DNA from: Opitutales bacterium
GTDB taxonomy: Bacteria > Verrucomicrobiota > Verrucomicrobiia > Opitutales > JABSRG01
Direction of reading: 5' to 3'
Assembly: GCA_051117635.1 (NCBI GenBank)
Contig: JBNPEH010000014.1
Location: 2,786 to 66,785 of the forward strand
DNA length: 64,000 nt
Of the stretch, positions 45,175 through 54,908 are shown one piece after another. The notes below the pieces were generated by a model. That model saw only the letters and a list, made by a program, of their open reading frames with translations. It did not search any database and was not told the origin of the DNA. The stretch's first letter is position 1; every line of letters starts with the position of its first letter. The translations under genes were made by a program, and so were the position numbers.

Positions 45175-45777
45175 ATGGATTTCTTTCTCGAAAACGTCTG
45201 GCCGCTGTGGGCGGCCGGTGGGGTGCTGATGGTGCCCCTCAGCCTGTTGGCAGCCTTCATCTACTACACGGCCTTTCAGCTCTACTTCCATTTCAACAAG
45301 GGAAATTACCTGCGGGTGGATTTCTCCACGCTGGACAAATGGGTGAAGGAGCCGAAACAGGCCAAAGGTGAGATCGGCGAGATCGTCAACTACACCCAGG
45401 CCGACCTGAGCGGGATGCCGGACCTGCGCAACCGGTTCGCCGAAGTGCGCAGCGTCTACCTGCCGCCCGTCGACCGTCGGATTATGTTCCTCTCTGTGCT
45501 TGTTTCGGTGGCCCCGCTGATGGGCTTGCTTGGGACCGTCATGGGCATGCTTGCCACGTTCGAAGGCCTGACCAAGAATATCGGCCGTACCATCGACCTG
45601 ATCGCCGCGGGCATCTCCGAGGCACTCATCACTACCCAGACCGGGCTGATTATCGCGATCCCCGGTTACGTCATGATCTACATGGTCATGCGAAAGCGGA
45701 ATAAAATGGAAACCGTCCTTCACCGTCTGGAGAGCATGACCATGCAACGCTACAGCACCCTCTTCGGGAAATCCTGA
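45175..45777 (+). CDS. exbB: ExbB (MotA/TolQ/ExbB proton channel)
   Basis: 200 aa with the core APLMGLLGTVMGMLATF...EALITTQTGLIIAIP. Confidence 0.85.
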   Translation: MDFFLENVWPLWAAGGVLMVPLSLLAAFIYYTAFQLYFHFNKGNYLRVDFSTLDKWVKEPKQAKGEIGEIVNYTQADLSGMPDLRNRFAEVRSVYLPPVDRRIMFLSVLVSVAPLMGLLGTVMGMLATFEGLTKNIGRTIDLIAAGISEALITTQTGLIIAIPGYVMIYMVMRKRNKMETVLHRLESMTMQRYSTLFGKS

Positions 45778-45779
45778 CC

Positions 45780-46184
45780 ATGGCCAAAAAACGCAGATCC
45801 CTGACCTCTTCCGGCGGCATGAGTGAGATCAACATCTCGCCGCTGATCGACATGGTCTTTATCCTGCTGATCTTTTTCATTGTAGCCGCTGTCTTTGTCG
45901 AAGAGCCGGGCGTCGAAGTGAATCGCGTCTTCACGGTCTCCGGTGACAGCCTGGAAAAGAATGCCATCCTGTTCGCGATTACCAACGACAACGAGGTTGT
46001 CTACGGGGGCGAAAATGTCGGTGTCCTCTCGGTGCGTCCGATTGTGGATCGGCTCAAGGCTACAAAGGACATGCCGGTCATCCTCCAGGTCGATGAAGGC
46101 AGTGACGCCTCGGTCGTCGTCCGTGTCATCGATGAGGCCAAGATCGCCGGCGCGGCCACTTTCATCGCCACCGAGAAACCCTGA
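45780..46184 (+). CDS. exbD: ExbD/TolR biopolymer transport protein
   Basis: INISPLIDMVFILLIFFIV TM motif, 134 aa. Confidence 0.85.
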   Translation: MAKKRRSLTSSGGMSEINISPLIDMVFILLIFFIVAAVFVEEPGVEVNRVFTVSGDSLEKNAILFAITNDNEVVYGGENVGVLSVRPIVDRLKATKDMPVILQVDEGSDASVVVRVIDEAKIAGAATFIATEKP

Positions 46185-46215
46185 ACGTCTTTAGCTGTCC
46201 TAACACGTTACCGTT

Positions 46216-46611
46216 GTGAAGAAATCCCTCCGCAAAGCCGAGAAGTCTGAAGAAATCAACATGTCGCCGTTGATCGACATGGTGTTCATCCTGTTGATCT
46301 TCTTCATCGTCACGACCGTGTTCATCGACGAGCGCGGGTTTGAATCCGCTCAGCCTGACGATGCTTCGGAAACCGACAGCGAGGAGGAGCCGATCATCCT
46401 GCACGTTACCAAGAGCCGCAAAGTGTTGTTGAACGGCCAGGAAATCGGATTTGCCGGTGTTCAGCGCGAGGTCCGCAACCGGATCCAGGGAGAACCCGAG
46501 CCAGTCATCCTCCAGGTGGACCAGGGTACGGTTTCCGCCGATGCCCTCCGTGTTTACGATGAGGCGCTGTTGGCCGGCGCGCTGGCGGTCACGATGCAAC
46601 AGGCCAATTGA
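46216..46611 (+). CDS. exbD: ExbD/TolR biopolymer transport protein (second copy, GTG start)
   Basis: EINMSPLIDMVFILLIFFIV parallels the upstream paralog, 131 aa. Confidence 0.8.
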   Translation: MKKSLRKAEKSEEINMSPLIDMVFILLIFFIVTTVFIDERGFESAQPDDASETDSEEEPIILHVTKSRKVLLNGQEIGFAGVQREVRNRIQGEPEPVILQVDQGTVSADALRVYDEALLAGALAVTMQQAN

Positions 46612-46651
46612 ACCCCATACTGAAATTCAACCCGTTTAACCGTTACCGATC

Positions 46652-47314
46652 ATGAGCCAGCCCGTTTACCGCTCCGGCCTCGACAGAAAGAAATCCCCCA
46701 GTCCCGTCATCGGAATGCTGGTGATGGTCGCCTTTATCTTCTTCCTGCTGCCCTTCACGCAGTTGCTGGAAAGCTTTACGGACGACACGAAAGTCCGGGA
46801 AACCGGTCCTCCGCCGCCTCCGCCGCCGGAGATCCCGCCGGAAGAAGAGCCTCCACCTCCCGAGGAGGAAGAGCCGCCCCCCCCGCCGGAAATGCAGGAA
46901 CCGCCGCCGCCGGTCAGCCTGACCGATCTGCAGGTCAGCCTGAGTGTCGGTCCGGGCGGGTTTGGCAGCAGTTTCGGGCTGGCCAATTTCGAAACCCGGC
47001 CGAATACCGTCGATGAGATGGTCTTCGAGTTGAAGGATCTGGACCGGGTGCCCAAAGCCATCAAACGCGGCGCCCTCAATTACCCCTTCGAGCTCAAGCG
47101 CGAGCGGATCGAGGGCAGCGTCAAGTTGCTTGTTCTGATCAACGAGGAGGGCGAGGTCCGCGTGCTCGATGTCGTCGAATCCACCCACCGGGCCTTTGAA
47201 AAACCAGCCATCGAGGCGGCGGAGGATTCGCTCTTCGAATCTCCGCGCAAGAACGGCGAGAAGGTTAAAGTGAAATTCTTCCTCCCGATCCGCTTCTCGC
47301 TCAGCAATCTCTAA
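46652..47314 (+). CDS. tonB: TonB energy transducer
   Basis: N-terminal TM anchor, Pro/Glu-rich spacer PPPPPPPEIPPEEEPPPPEEEEPPPPPEMQEPPPP, and a C-terminal TonB domain (YPFELKRERIEGSVKLLVLINEEGEV). Confidence 0.85.
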   Translation: MSQPVYRSGLDRKKSPSPVIGMLVMVAFIFFLLPFTQLLESFTDDTKVRETGPPPPPPPEIPPEEEPPPPEEEEPPPPPEMQEPPPPVSLTDLQVSLSVGPGGFGSSFGLANFETRPNTVDEMVFELKDLDRVPKAIKRGALNYPFELKRERIEGSVKLLVLINEEGEVRVLDVVESTHRAFEKPAIEAAEDSLFESPRKNGEKVKVKFFLPIRFSLSNL

Positions 47315-47339
47315 TCACTGCTATCATCCTTTTATTGTT

Positions 47340-48710
47340 ATGAAGAAAATCGCCGTCCTTCTCTCCATCTTAGCCGGTCTGTCGGGTGCTTACGGCCAGG
47401 GCATCGACTGGCAGCTTACCCGGGAATACTGGAACAGCCAGGAGTTCGTGGACCAGTTCATGGGCACCTACGGGGTTAACAGTGAAATCGAGCCCAAGAT
47501 CAATTCCGAGGAGGCCGAGCTTTTCAAGCAGGTGGTCCCCCTGGTCAAAACCAATATCGACCAGGCCATCCAGTTGATGACCGATTACATGGCGGGCGCC
47601 GAAGAGGCTTCGGCCGCCCTCGATTTCACGTTGGGGAACCTTTATTTTCAGAAGGGTGACCTGCAGCGTGCCGTCCGCGCCTACAACGAGGCGCTTCGCA
47701 AATTCCCCAACTTTCTCCGGGTCTACAAAAATCTCGGGTTCCTGAACGTCCAGCGTGGCAATTATCAGGAAGCTATTCCCAACCTCGTCAAAGTGATCTC
47801 GCTGGGCGAAGGCGGGGGTGATCTGTATGGCGTCCTCGGTTTCTGCTACCTGTCGACCGGCAAGCCGGCCTCCGCCGAAAATGCTTACCGGCAGGCCCTT
47901 CTGCTGGAACCGGAAAAGCAGGACTGGAAGAACGGCCTCATCCGCTCGCTCATGGAGCAGCGTGAATTTGCCGAGGTCATTGGCCTGTTGGAAGAAGCCA
48001 TCATCGCAAAGCCCGGCAGCCGTGAGCTCTGGCTCTACCAGGCCAATGCCTTCCTCGAAGTCGAGGATTTCGAAAAGGCTATCGCCAACCTGGTCATGGC
48101 AAACAAAATCGGGCTTTCCACCGCCCGGAGCATGATGCTGCTGGGCGACCTCCTCATGCAGGAGAACCTCGCTGAGGAAGCCCTCGAAGCCTACAAGGTT
48201 TCCCTTGCCAAGGGTGGCAATATGCAAAATCAGCAATTTATCCGCGCCGCCACCGTGCTGGTTAACCAGGGTAATTTCGCCGAGGGCCTCGAGTACCTCG
48301 AGGAAATCGAGAAAGCGCGCGGCGAGGAACTGACGGACAAGCAGCGTATGACTGTGCTGAATACGCGCTCCGAAATCTATCTGGCCACCGGTCGGCAGGA
48401 TGAAGCGGCCGAGACGCTGGAAACAATCATTGCCGAGGATCCGGCCAATGGCCAGGCCCTGCTCCTGCTCGCCGAGTACTACAGCAACCAGGGTGACATC
48501 GAGCAGGCTGTGTTTTTCTACGAGCGTGCCCAGAATCTGCGCGATTACGAGGTCAAGGCTCTCGTCGATCACGCCCGGCTCATGGTCCAGGAAAAGAATT
48601 TCGAAAAGGCGGTCGAGCTGCTGCGTCGCGCGCAGCTCATCGAGCCCCGTGACAACGTCGAACGCTACCTCGAAGCCGTCGAAAAGGCGCTCGAAACCCA
48701 GCGCCGCTGA
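47340..48710 (+). CDS. Secreted TPR-repeat protein (TtpD-like, last gene of the TonB cluster)
   Basis: Signal peptide MKKIAVLLSILAGLSGAYG, followed by more than 8 TPR units (e.g. LGNLYFQKGDLQRAVRAYNEALRKFPNF). Confidence 0.8.
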   Translation: MKKIAVLLSILAGLSGAYGQGIDWQLTREYWNSQEFVDQFMGTYGVNSEIEPKINSEEAELFKQVVPLVKTNIDQAIQLMTDYMAGAEEASAALDFTLGNLYFQKGDLQRAVRAYNEALRKFPNFLRVYKNLGFLNVQRGNYQEAIPNLVKVISLGEGGGDLYGVLGFCYLSTGKPASAENAYRQALLLEPEKQDWKNGLIRSLMEQREFAEVIGLLEEAIIAKPGSRELWLYQANAFLEVEDFEKAIANLVMANKIGLSTARSMMLLGDLLMQENLAEEALEAYKVSLAKGGNMQNQQFIRAATVLVNQGNFAEGLEYLEEIEKARGEELTDKQRMTVLNTRSEIYLATGRQDEAAETLETIIAEDPANGQALLLLAEYYSNQGDIEQAVFFYERAQNLRDYEVKALVDHARLMVQEKNFEKAVELLRRAQLIEPRDNVERYLEAVEKALETQRR

Positions 48711-48737
48711 GGTCGCGACAACCTTCGCTTTTTACTC

Positions 48738-48768
48738 AACCGGCCTCCTGCGGGAGGCCGGTTTTTTT
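48738..48768 (+). terminator. Rho-independent terminator after the TPR gene
   Basis: Stem ccggcctcc / ggaggccgg with loop tgcg, followed by 7 T. Confidence 0.8.
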
Positions 48769-48777
48769 GTCCGCGCG

Positions 48778-48861
48778 CTACCGACACCCGGTGAGCGACC
48801 CGTCGTCAGAAGGTAATGATGGCCTGCGGGAGGGCCGCCGTCCCCGGCGGCCGCCATGGGG
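48778..48861. repeat. 84-bp direct repeat, copy 1
   Basis: ctaccgacacccggtgagcgacccgtcgtcagaaggtaatgatggcctgcgggagggccgccgtccccggcggccgccatggggg is nearly identical to 48963-49046. It contains the hairpin ggccgcc-gtcccc-ggcggcc. Confidence 0.85.
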
Positions 48862-48962
48862 GCAGGGAAATCCCGCATGCCGAAAACGGCGCGGTACGCA
48901 GGCTGGAATTGCCTCGCCTGGAATTGCCTCGCGCGGCGGTCGGGGCGACCGCCCTCCCGGAG

Positions 48963-49046
48963 TATCGACACCCGGTGGGCGACCCGTCGTCAGAAGGTAA
49001 TGATGGCCTGCGGGAGGGCCGCCGTCCCCGGCGGCCGCCATGGGGG
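48963..49046. repeat. 84-bp direct repeat, copy 2
   Basis: tatcgacacccggtgggcgacccgtcgtcagaaggtaatgatggcctgcgggagggccgccgtccccggcggccgccatggggg. The spacer between the copies carries a tandem 15-mer, ctggaattgcctcgc x2 (48903-48932). Confidence 0.85.
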
Positions 49047-49161
49047 ATCCGATGGTCACTCAGCCGCCATTGTGTACCTTTGGAAGGATTTCAAAAAAAA
49101 GCCGGGGCTCCCGAAGGAGCCCCGGCTGACAAAGGAACCAGATTTCGAGCGGTGCCCCGGC

Positions 49162-51783
49162 TCAGAACTTATAGGTGAACTGGGCGCGGTAGTTCCGCTC
49201 GGGGGCTTTGGTCAACAGGGTGTTGGCCCCGAACTCCGGATCGGCTCCGAGGAAGTAATCTTCGTCGGTCAGATTCTCCACCCCGAGCAGGACCTCGAAC
49301 TTGTCCGTTTCGTAGAATACGTTGAGGCTGGCGATAGTGGAGGAGGGCAGGAGGATGGTCCGGTCGTAGTTGTGCCAGTATTCATCCCGCCAGACGAAAC
49401 CACCGGTGACCCCGAGGCCGTCGATACCCAGGTCACGGGCCACCGCATAGAGCTTGAAGGTGGTTTCTGGGAAGCCCGGTGACTCCAGCTCAGGATTCGC
49501 CGAGGGCGTTCCCCCTTCGGGCGTGAATCCACCAAAGGGCTCGGTAAACTGGCTCATCAGAATACCTCCGTTCAGGGCGACTCCAATCTCGGGGTCGTTG
49601 GCGCCGGTCGGGTCGGTCAGCCCGAAGGGCATCGTCCGGAAGCCAAGCCCGTCGATTTTCCGGGTTTCACTGTCGGTGAAGGCGGCGATCAGGGTCAGGT
49701 TGTCGGTCGCCTGCCAGGTCACCTCGACTTCGACGCCTTCCGATTCGAACTGCTCTGAGGTGGCGTCGCGATCATTGAACGAGGATTGCTCCCACTCATA
49801 GTAGGCCGCGGAAATGAAGAGGTTGATCTCGGGGATGGAGGCCTTGAAGCCGCCTTCATAGAGTTCCCCGGTACCCAGGTTGCCGGCGTTGAGGATTGGC
49901 CCCCCCTGCAGGGCCGCCAGGGTGGTGGATTCCTGAGCGACCCCGTAAAGGCTGAACCGTTCGTTGATGATGAAAACCGGGTTGATGGCCCAGCTGATTT
50001 CATCGTCGCTGAAGGAAGTATCCGGGCCGAACACATCCGTCGGCCCCTCGGGGATACCGACATCCACGTCGAAGGTGTCCCAGCGCAGGCTACCCATCAC
50101 GTTGAAGGATTCACCCACTTTCAGGTTGCCGACCGCAAAACCGCCGTAGGTCCATGTTTCGGAAGTGACGGCATGACCGCCGGGGCCCCCGGCGCCGAAG
50201 CCGCCGCCCCAGAAGTTGTTTCCGGTCGCGGGGTCGACCTGACCCCCGGCCAGGATGACCGAGTTGGCGGAGATTTCCTCGCGCGTGATGTCGCGGCGGG
50301 CGAAGGGCTCGGTCCAGAAATCCTGCAGCTGGGTCGCATCGACCAGACGGGCCTGAAGGCCGTAGGTGAGGTCGAGCTGCGCTCCCCCGAGGTTGAACCG
50401 CTGGTTCACCGACACTTTATTGTCGAGGACGAACTGCTCACTCTGGAAGCCGTAGCCGTAGGAGGACAGCTTGTCGGTATCGATGTACTCGGAGAAGAAG
50501 TTGTAGGTCAGCCCCAGGTCTTCACTGAAGCTGTGGTCCAGTTCCCCGAAAAAGAGAAAGTCCTCCGAATCGGCAAAGTCGCTGGGATCCGCAAGGACTG
50601 TGCTCCCTTCGATGTCTTCAGTGAATACCGTTCCCCCCGCTTCAAAGTACTCGGGAGTGTAGACGAATCCGCTGGTCGTCTTCGCCATGTCCGCCGGCAG
50701 ACCGGCGTAGACGGCTTCCTGGTTGGCGGAATCGGACATGTCGACGAGCAGATCGCGCTGGGCGGCTGAGATTTGTCCGGAGGAAACGGCGCCCGAGATG
50801 ACGTCGGACGGCACCACCAGGGAGCGGAACAGCGCGCGCTGGTTGGCATCGTTGAAGAGAAAGCCGAAGGTCGTGCCGTCGATGAAGCCCCGGTCGGCCA
50901 CGCCTCCCTTGCTGGTGCGGACGAGGCTGAGTGGTTCGCCGATGACGTATTCGCCATTGTCGACAAGGTTCTGCGTGGGGCGGTTCCAGCCGGCGTTTTC
51001 ATTGGAATTGTAGATATAATATTCGGCGGCAATGAAGACTTTGGTTTTCTCCGAGAGCTTGAACTTGGCCGAACCGTAGATGGAGGTGAAGTCGTTGCCG
51101 ACGTTGTCGTAATAGCTTTCCGCCAGCTGGTTCGTGATCGAGAACCGGTAGGCGCTCGGCACTTCACCGATCAGCATCGATCCGCCGACATCGAGCTTGG
51201 TCTTGTATTTGTCCCAGCTGCCGACCTCGAACTCGACCGAACCGCCGAAGTCTTCGTCGAAGAACGGTTGTTTCGGCAGCATGTTCACGTAGCCGCCCAC
51301 GTGCGAGGGGATGAGGTGGGCGGGAGCCGGTCCCTTGACGATTTCCAGCGCTTCCATGGCGCCGAAGGAGGTCGGCATTTCGTTGCGCTGGTAGGCCCGC
51401 AGCATACCGTTGTAGTAGATGCCGCCTTTCCAGCCGCGGATAGTCGGCGTTCCCGGAACGCCGTAGAAGTTGATGGTTTCGGTGCCGGCGCCGATTTTCG
51501 ACAGGTCGTGGAAGTCCTCGATGTTGAACTGGTCGAGCGCTTCCGGCGTGAGAACGGTGACCGAACGCGGGACTTCCAGGAGGGTCATGTTGTCGAAGAA
51601 GGCACCGCTGACCACCTGTTCGTTGGGGTTGAGGGTGTCCGAGTACAGAACGCTCGTTTCCTCCGCGATGAAGGTTTCGAGTTCCAGGATGGAATCATCC
51701 GATTGGCCGTTTGCCGACATGGCGATCGCCAGGCCGGCCAGGGCGGCAACCCTGATAGGTTTGTTGGTGCTGTTCATGGTCAT
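49162..51783 (-). CDS. TonB-dependent outer-membrane receptor
   Basis: Signal peptide MTMNSTNKPIRVAALAGLAIAMSANG (ATG 51783), a plug-domain region (VTVLTPEALDQ..., IEALEIVKGPA), a long beta-barrel and the terminal ...YRAQFTYKF. Confidence 0.85.
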   Translation of the reverse strand: MTMNSTNKPIRVAALAGLAIAMSANGQSDDSILELETFIAEETSVLYSDTLNPNEQVVSGAFFDNMTLLEVPRSVTVLTPEALDQFNIEDFHDLSKIGAGTETINFYGVPGTPTIRGWKGGIYYNGMLRAYQRNEMPTSFGAMEALEIVKGPAPAHLIPSHVGGYVNMLPKQPFFDEDFGGSVEFEVGSWDKYKTKLDVGGSMLIGEVPSAYRFSITNQLAESYYDNVGNDFTSIYGSAKFKLSEKTKVFIAAEYYIYNSNENAGWNRPTQNLVDNGEYVIGEPLSLVRTSKGGVADRGFIDGTTFGFLFNDANQRALFRSLVVPSDVISGAVSSGQISAAQRDLLVDMSDSANQEAVYAGLPADMAKTTSGFVYTPEYFEAGGTVFTEDIEGSTVLADPSDFADSEDFLFFGELDHSFSEDLGLTYNFFSEYIDTDKLSSYGYGFQSEQFVLDNKVSVNQRFNLGGAQLDLTYGLQARLVDATQLQDFWTEPFARRDITREEISANSVILAGGQVDPATGNNFWGGGFGAGGPGGHAVTSETWTYGGFAVGNLKVGESFNVMGSLRWDTFDVDVGIPEGPTDVFGPDTSFSDDEISWAINPVFIINERFSLYGVAQESTTLAALQGGPILNAGNLGTGELYEGGFKASIPEINLFISAAYYEWEQSSFNDRDATSEQFESEGVEVEVTWQATDNLTLIAAFTDSETRKIDGLGFRTMPFGLTDPTGANDPEIGVALNGGILMSQFTEPFGGFTPEGGTPSANPELESPGFPETTFKLYAVARDLGIDGLGVTGGFVWRDEYWHNYDRTILLPSSTIASLNVFYETDKFEVLLGVENLTDEDYFLGADPEFGANTLLTKAPERNYRAQFTYKF

Positions 51784-51985
51784 CGTTGTAAACGATTGGT
51801 TGGAGTGACTGGTGAATGCCCCGTTCAGGCAGGAAGTGGCAGTCCTGGTCCCCTCAACAAAAGCAATCACCGTGCCACCGGCCTGGAATCCGTCTAATGG
51901 AGGGGCGGGCCGTTGACACCCGGCAGCCCGGAAAGCCAGGCTGCGCGGCACGTTTCCGGCTGAACCCCGTGCGAACCAGGCCGTT

Positions 51986-52924
51986 ATGAACCATCACCAG
52001 ATCGACAAATCCATTATCTACAACCGCTGGGATAACAGCTACCCGGCCCGCCTGACGATCGAGCCGGGGGACCGGGTCACGCTCGACATGAATGACGCTT
52101 CGGACGGTCAGGTGGAGCCGGGTATGACGGGAGAAGCCTTTTCCCGGATCGATACGACGCGGATCCATGCGCTGACCGGCCCCGTTGCCGTGGCCGGCGC
52201 CGAACCGGGGGATCGCCTGGTGGTCACCATTCTCGAATACCGGCACCAGGGGTGGGCCTGGACCAGCATCATTCCGGGGCTAGGCCTGCTCGACGACGCC
52301 TTCGACAAACATTTCCTTCATCACTGGGAATTGGGCGAAACGCAGACGACGTCGATGCCCGGCGTGACCCTCGACCTCGCGCCCTTCTGCGGAATCATCG
52401 GCGTTCAGCGCGAAGAACCCGGGGAATTCCGCACGCGGCCGCCCGGCCCCTGGGGGGGGAACATGGATGTTCGCCACCTCACCGCCGGGGCGACCCTGCA
52501 CCTGCCGGTTTTTGTGGAAGGCGCGGGTCTCTGTGCCGGGGACTGCCATGCCGCTCAGGGAGACGGCGAGGTTTCGATCAACGGCATGGAGGCGCCGATG
52601 TCGGTCACCTTCGAGGTCGACCTGGTAAAGGGCTCACCGCTGGCCGGACCCTACATCGAAACCACCGGACCGCTGCTGCCGCCCCGTTACGCGGAGCGGC
52701 CCTTTCACATCTTTGTGGAATCGGACGAAGCTCCGCGTGAGGCCTGCCGCCGGGTGGTCCGCCGCGCGATGGGCTACCTGGAGCAACGGATCGGGCTGAG
52801 TCCCCAGCAGGCTTACGTTCTCTGCAGCGTGGTGCTGGACCTGAAGGTCAGCCAGCTGGTCAACGTGCCGATGACCACGATTTCCGGCTACCTGCCCGAG
52901 GCGATCTTCAACGAGCCGGCCTGA
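51986..52924 (+). CDS. Acetamidase/formamidase family amidohydrolase
   Basis: LTGPVAVAGAEPGD, GGNMD and GDCHAAQGDGEV motifs of the FmdA/AmdA family. Confidence 0.8.
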   Translation: MNHHQIDKSIIYNRWDNSYPARLTIEPGDRVTLDMNDASDGQVEPGMTGEAFSRIDTTRIHALTGPVAVAGAEPGDRLVVTILEYRHQGWAWTSIIPGLGLLDDAFDKHFLHHWELGETQTTSMPGVTLDLAPFCGIIGVQREEPGEFRTRPPGPWGGNMDVRHLTAGATLHLPVFVEGAGLCAGDCHAAQGDGEVSINGMEAPMSVTFEVDLVKGSPLAGPYIETTGPLLPPRYAERPFHIFVESDEAPREACRRVVRRAMGYLEQRIGLSPQQAYVLCSVVLDLKVSQLVNVPMTTISGYLPEAIFNEPA

Positions 52925-53035
52925 TTGATTCAACGATCCGAGGCCCGGGTTGAGCCGGGTAAGGCTATCGGAAACAGCCGGTTGCAACCGCTTCAGCCGG
53001 TGTCCGGGACGCCGGCCGGCTGCCGGGGCTATGAT

Positions 53036-54091
53036 TCAGTTGGCCGCGGTTTCGAGCGGGGCATCGGGTTGAATGGCCTCCGGGAGGACGGAGAACTCGA
53101 CGATTCGGTCAACCGGGATCTGTTTGTCGATCAACCCGATGGTATTCAACTGGTCGACTTGTCGGGCGATACGCTCGGGTTTGATTTTGCCGATCGCTTC
53201 GCCCTTTTCCGGATAACCGGCGACAAGCTTTTTCTCGACCATGGCGTTGATTGCGTAACGGACGAAGTCGGGCTCCATCTTCGGATTGATGGAGATGATT
53301 GTCTGGTTTGCCTCGGAATCCGGGGACGACTCCAGGTAATCGGTCCATCCGCGAATGCTGGCGGCCACGAATTGATGCGCGACTTCCGGATTCTCCTCCA
53401 GGAATTCGGTGGAAGAAAAGACAACGCGGTAGGGATCGAATCCGCTTTCCGAGATAAGGATGGTTTTCACATCCACGCCGTTTTTCTCGGCATAATAGGG
53501 CTCGTTGGTCACAAAGCACTGCTGGATGAATTCCGGATCGGCGAGGAAGCGCTCCATCCCGTAATCGAGCGGCACGATGTTCAGAGTGTAGTCGTACTTC
53601 AGCTCCATCATCTTGATGAAGTTGGAGCCCGGAGCGACCATGACACTGGCGCCGGCCAATTCGGCCAGGTTGTCGACCGGATTGTCCTCATGCAGCAGCA
53701 GCGCCTGCGGATCGTGCTGCATCAAGGCCATGGCGATTTTCACCGGGCGGTCGCGATAGATATTGTAAATGACGTCGTCGCTGCGACCGAGCGCGAATTG
53801 GGCCCGGCCGATCAGGATCGATTCCATCGCCAGCGCATTCGGTCCGCCTTGCCGGATGGTCACATCCAGGCCGGCCTCCTCATAATAGCCCTCGGCGAGC
53901 GCGTGGTAGAAGCCCCCGTGCTCGGGTTGGGCATACCAGTCGGTCTGCAGGACGATCGGAACAAGACCGTCAGTGGCTTCATCCTCATCGGAACCGCCGC
54001 CGCCGCCGCAACCGGTGACGACGATCAGAGCGGCCGTCAGACCGGCCAGACGAAGAAAAGGTTTCCGTGTGTTTCGCAAGCGACGGATCAT
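53036..54091 (-). CDS. ABC transporter substrate-binding lipoprotein, NMT1/THI5-like (NitT/TauT family)
   Basis: Lipobox LIVVTGC after MIRRLRNTRKPFLRLAGL (ATG 54091), then LQTDWYAQPEHGGFYHALAEGYYEEAGLDV, typical of NMT1-like binding proteins. The upstream 244 codons of the listed 596-aa ORF overlap the permease gene out of frame. Confidence 0.8.
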   Translation of the reverse strand: MIRRLRNTRKPFLRLAGLTAALIVVTGCGGGGGSDEDEATDGLVPIVLQTDWYAQPEHGGFYHALAEGYYEEAGLDVTIRQGGPNALAMESILIGRAQFALGRSDDVIYNIYRDRPVKIAMALMQHDPQALLLHEDNPVDNLAELAGASVMVAPGSNFIKMMELKYDYTLNIVPLDYGMERFLADPEFIQQCFVTNEPYYAEKNGVDVKTILISESGFDPYRVVFSSTEFLEENPEVAHQFVAASIRGWTDYLESSPDSEANQTIISINPKMEPDFVRYAINAMVEKKLVAGYPEKGEAIGKIKPERIARQVDQLNTIGLIDKQIPVDRIVEFSVLPEAIQPDAPLETAAN

Positions 54092-54105
54092 GGTGAAAGG
54101 AGGGA

Positions 54106-54882
54106 TCAGGATTCCGGTTTGGCGGTGGATTCGTGCCAGTTTTTCAAAAGATAGTAGTGGAGCGTATTGACGGCGGCCACGAAGACAAACCCGAGAAGGC
54201 AGGCCAGCAGGGCCAGCGCAAAGATGGCGGGGGTTTCGCTGCGTGCGCGGTAAGTCAGGACCAGGAAGCCCAGGCCCGCCTTGGCGCTGTTGCCCAGCAG
54301 AAAGTCGCCGGTGATTGCGCCGATCGGCGCCAGCGTGCCCGCGATCTTTACGCCGGTCAGGAAGTACGGCAGCGCGTAGGGAATGCGCAGCAAGGTGATC
54401 TCCTGCACCTTGGTCGCGCCGCCCATCTTGAACAGGTCGATCATGCCCTTGTCGGTGGAAATCAGGCCGAGGGTGGTGTTGGCCACCACGGGAAAAAAGC
54501 TGATCAGGAAGGTAATGGCCGTGATGCTGTTCAGCCCGTACCCGAGCCACAGACCCATGATCGGTGTCATGACCACGATCGGCGTCATCTGCAGGATCAG
54601 GATGTGCGGGTAGATGGCCGCCTTGATGTAACGGTTGGAGGCGAGGATGAAGGCGATGACGAAACCACCGGTGACGGCAGCCAGGAAGCCGATGATGGCG
54701 GCCTGAAAGGTGCGGCCCCCGCCCACCATCAGTTCCTCCCGTTTGAGCCACAGTTCCTGCAGGATGACGTGCGGCGGAGGGGCGACGAAGGGGGAAATGA
54801 CTTCCAGCGCAAGCAGGGTGTACCACAGGATGATCCCGATGATGCCCAGGGTGAGCGGAAGGATCCAGTCGAGGTGCTTCAT
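54106..54882 (-). CDS. ABC transporter permease (NitT/TauT family)
   Basis: 258 aa with six hydrophobic helices and the binding-protein-dependent transport EAA-type loop region (GGATKVQEITLLRIPYALPY). Confidence 0.8.
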   Translation of the reverse strand: MKHLDWILPLTLGIIGIILWYTLLALEVISPFVAPPPHVILQELWLKREELMVGGGRTFQAAIIGFLAAVTGGFVIAFILASNRYIKAAIYPHILILQMTPIVVMTPIMGLWLGYGLNSITAITFLISFFPVVANTTLGLISTDKGMIDLFKMGGATKVQEITLLRIPYALPYFLTGVKIAGTLAPIGAITGDFLLGNSAKAGLGFLVLTYRARSETPAIFALALLACLLGFVFVAAVNTLHYYLLKNWHESTAKPES

Positions 54883-54908
54883 GGGGGGAGGGTTTCGGAC
54901 CGCCGGTT

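Noticed and set aside
48778-49046. Possible CRISPR array.
   Set aside because: There are only two repeat copies, each 84 bp long, with a single 101-bp spacer that itself contains a tandem 15-mer. There are no cas genes in the window.
53036-54826. 596-aa ORF suggesting a large fusion protein.
   Set aside because: The first 244 codons are an out-of-frame overlap of the well-supported ABC permease gene (54106..54882). The real product starts at MIRRLRN (54091) with a lipoprotein signal.
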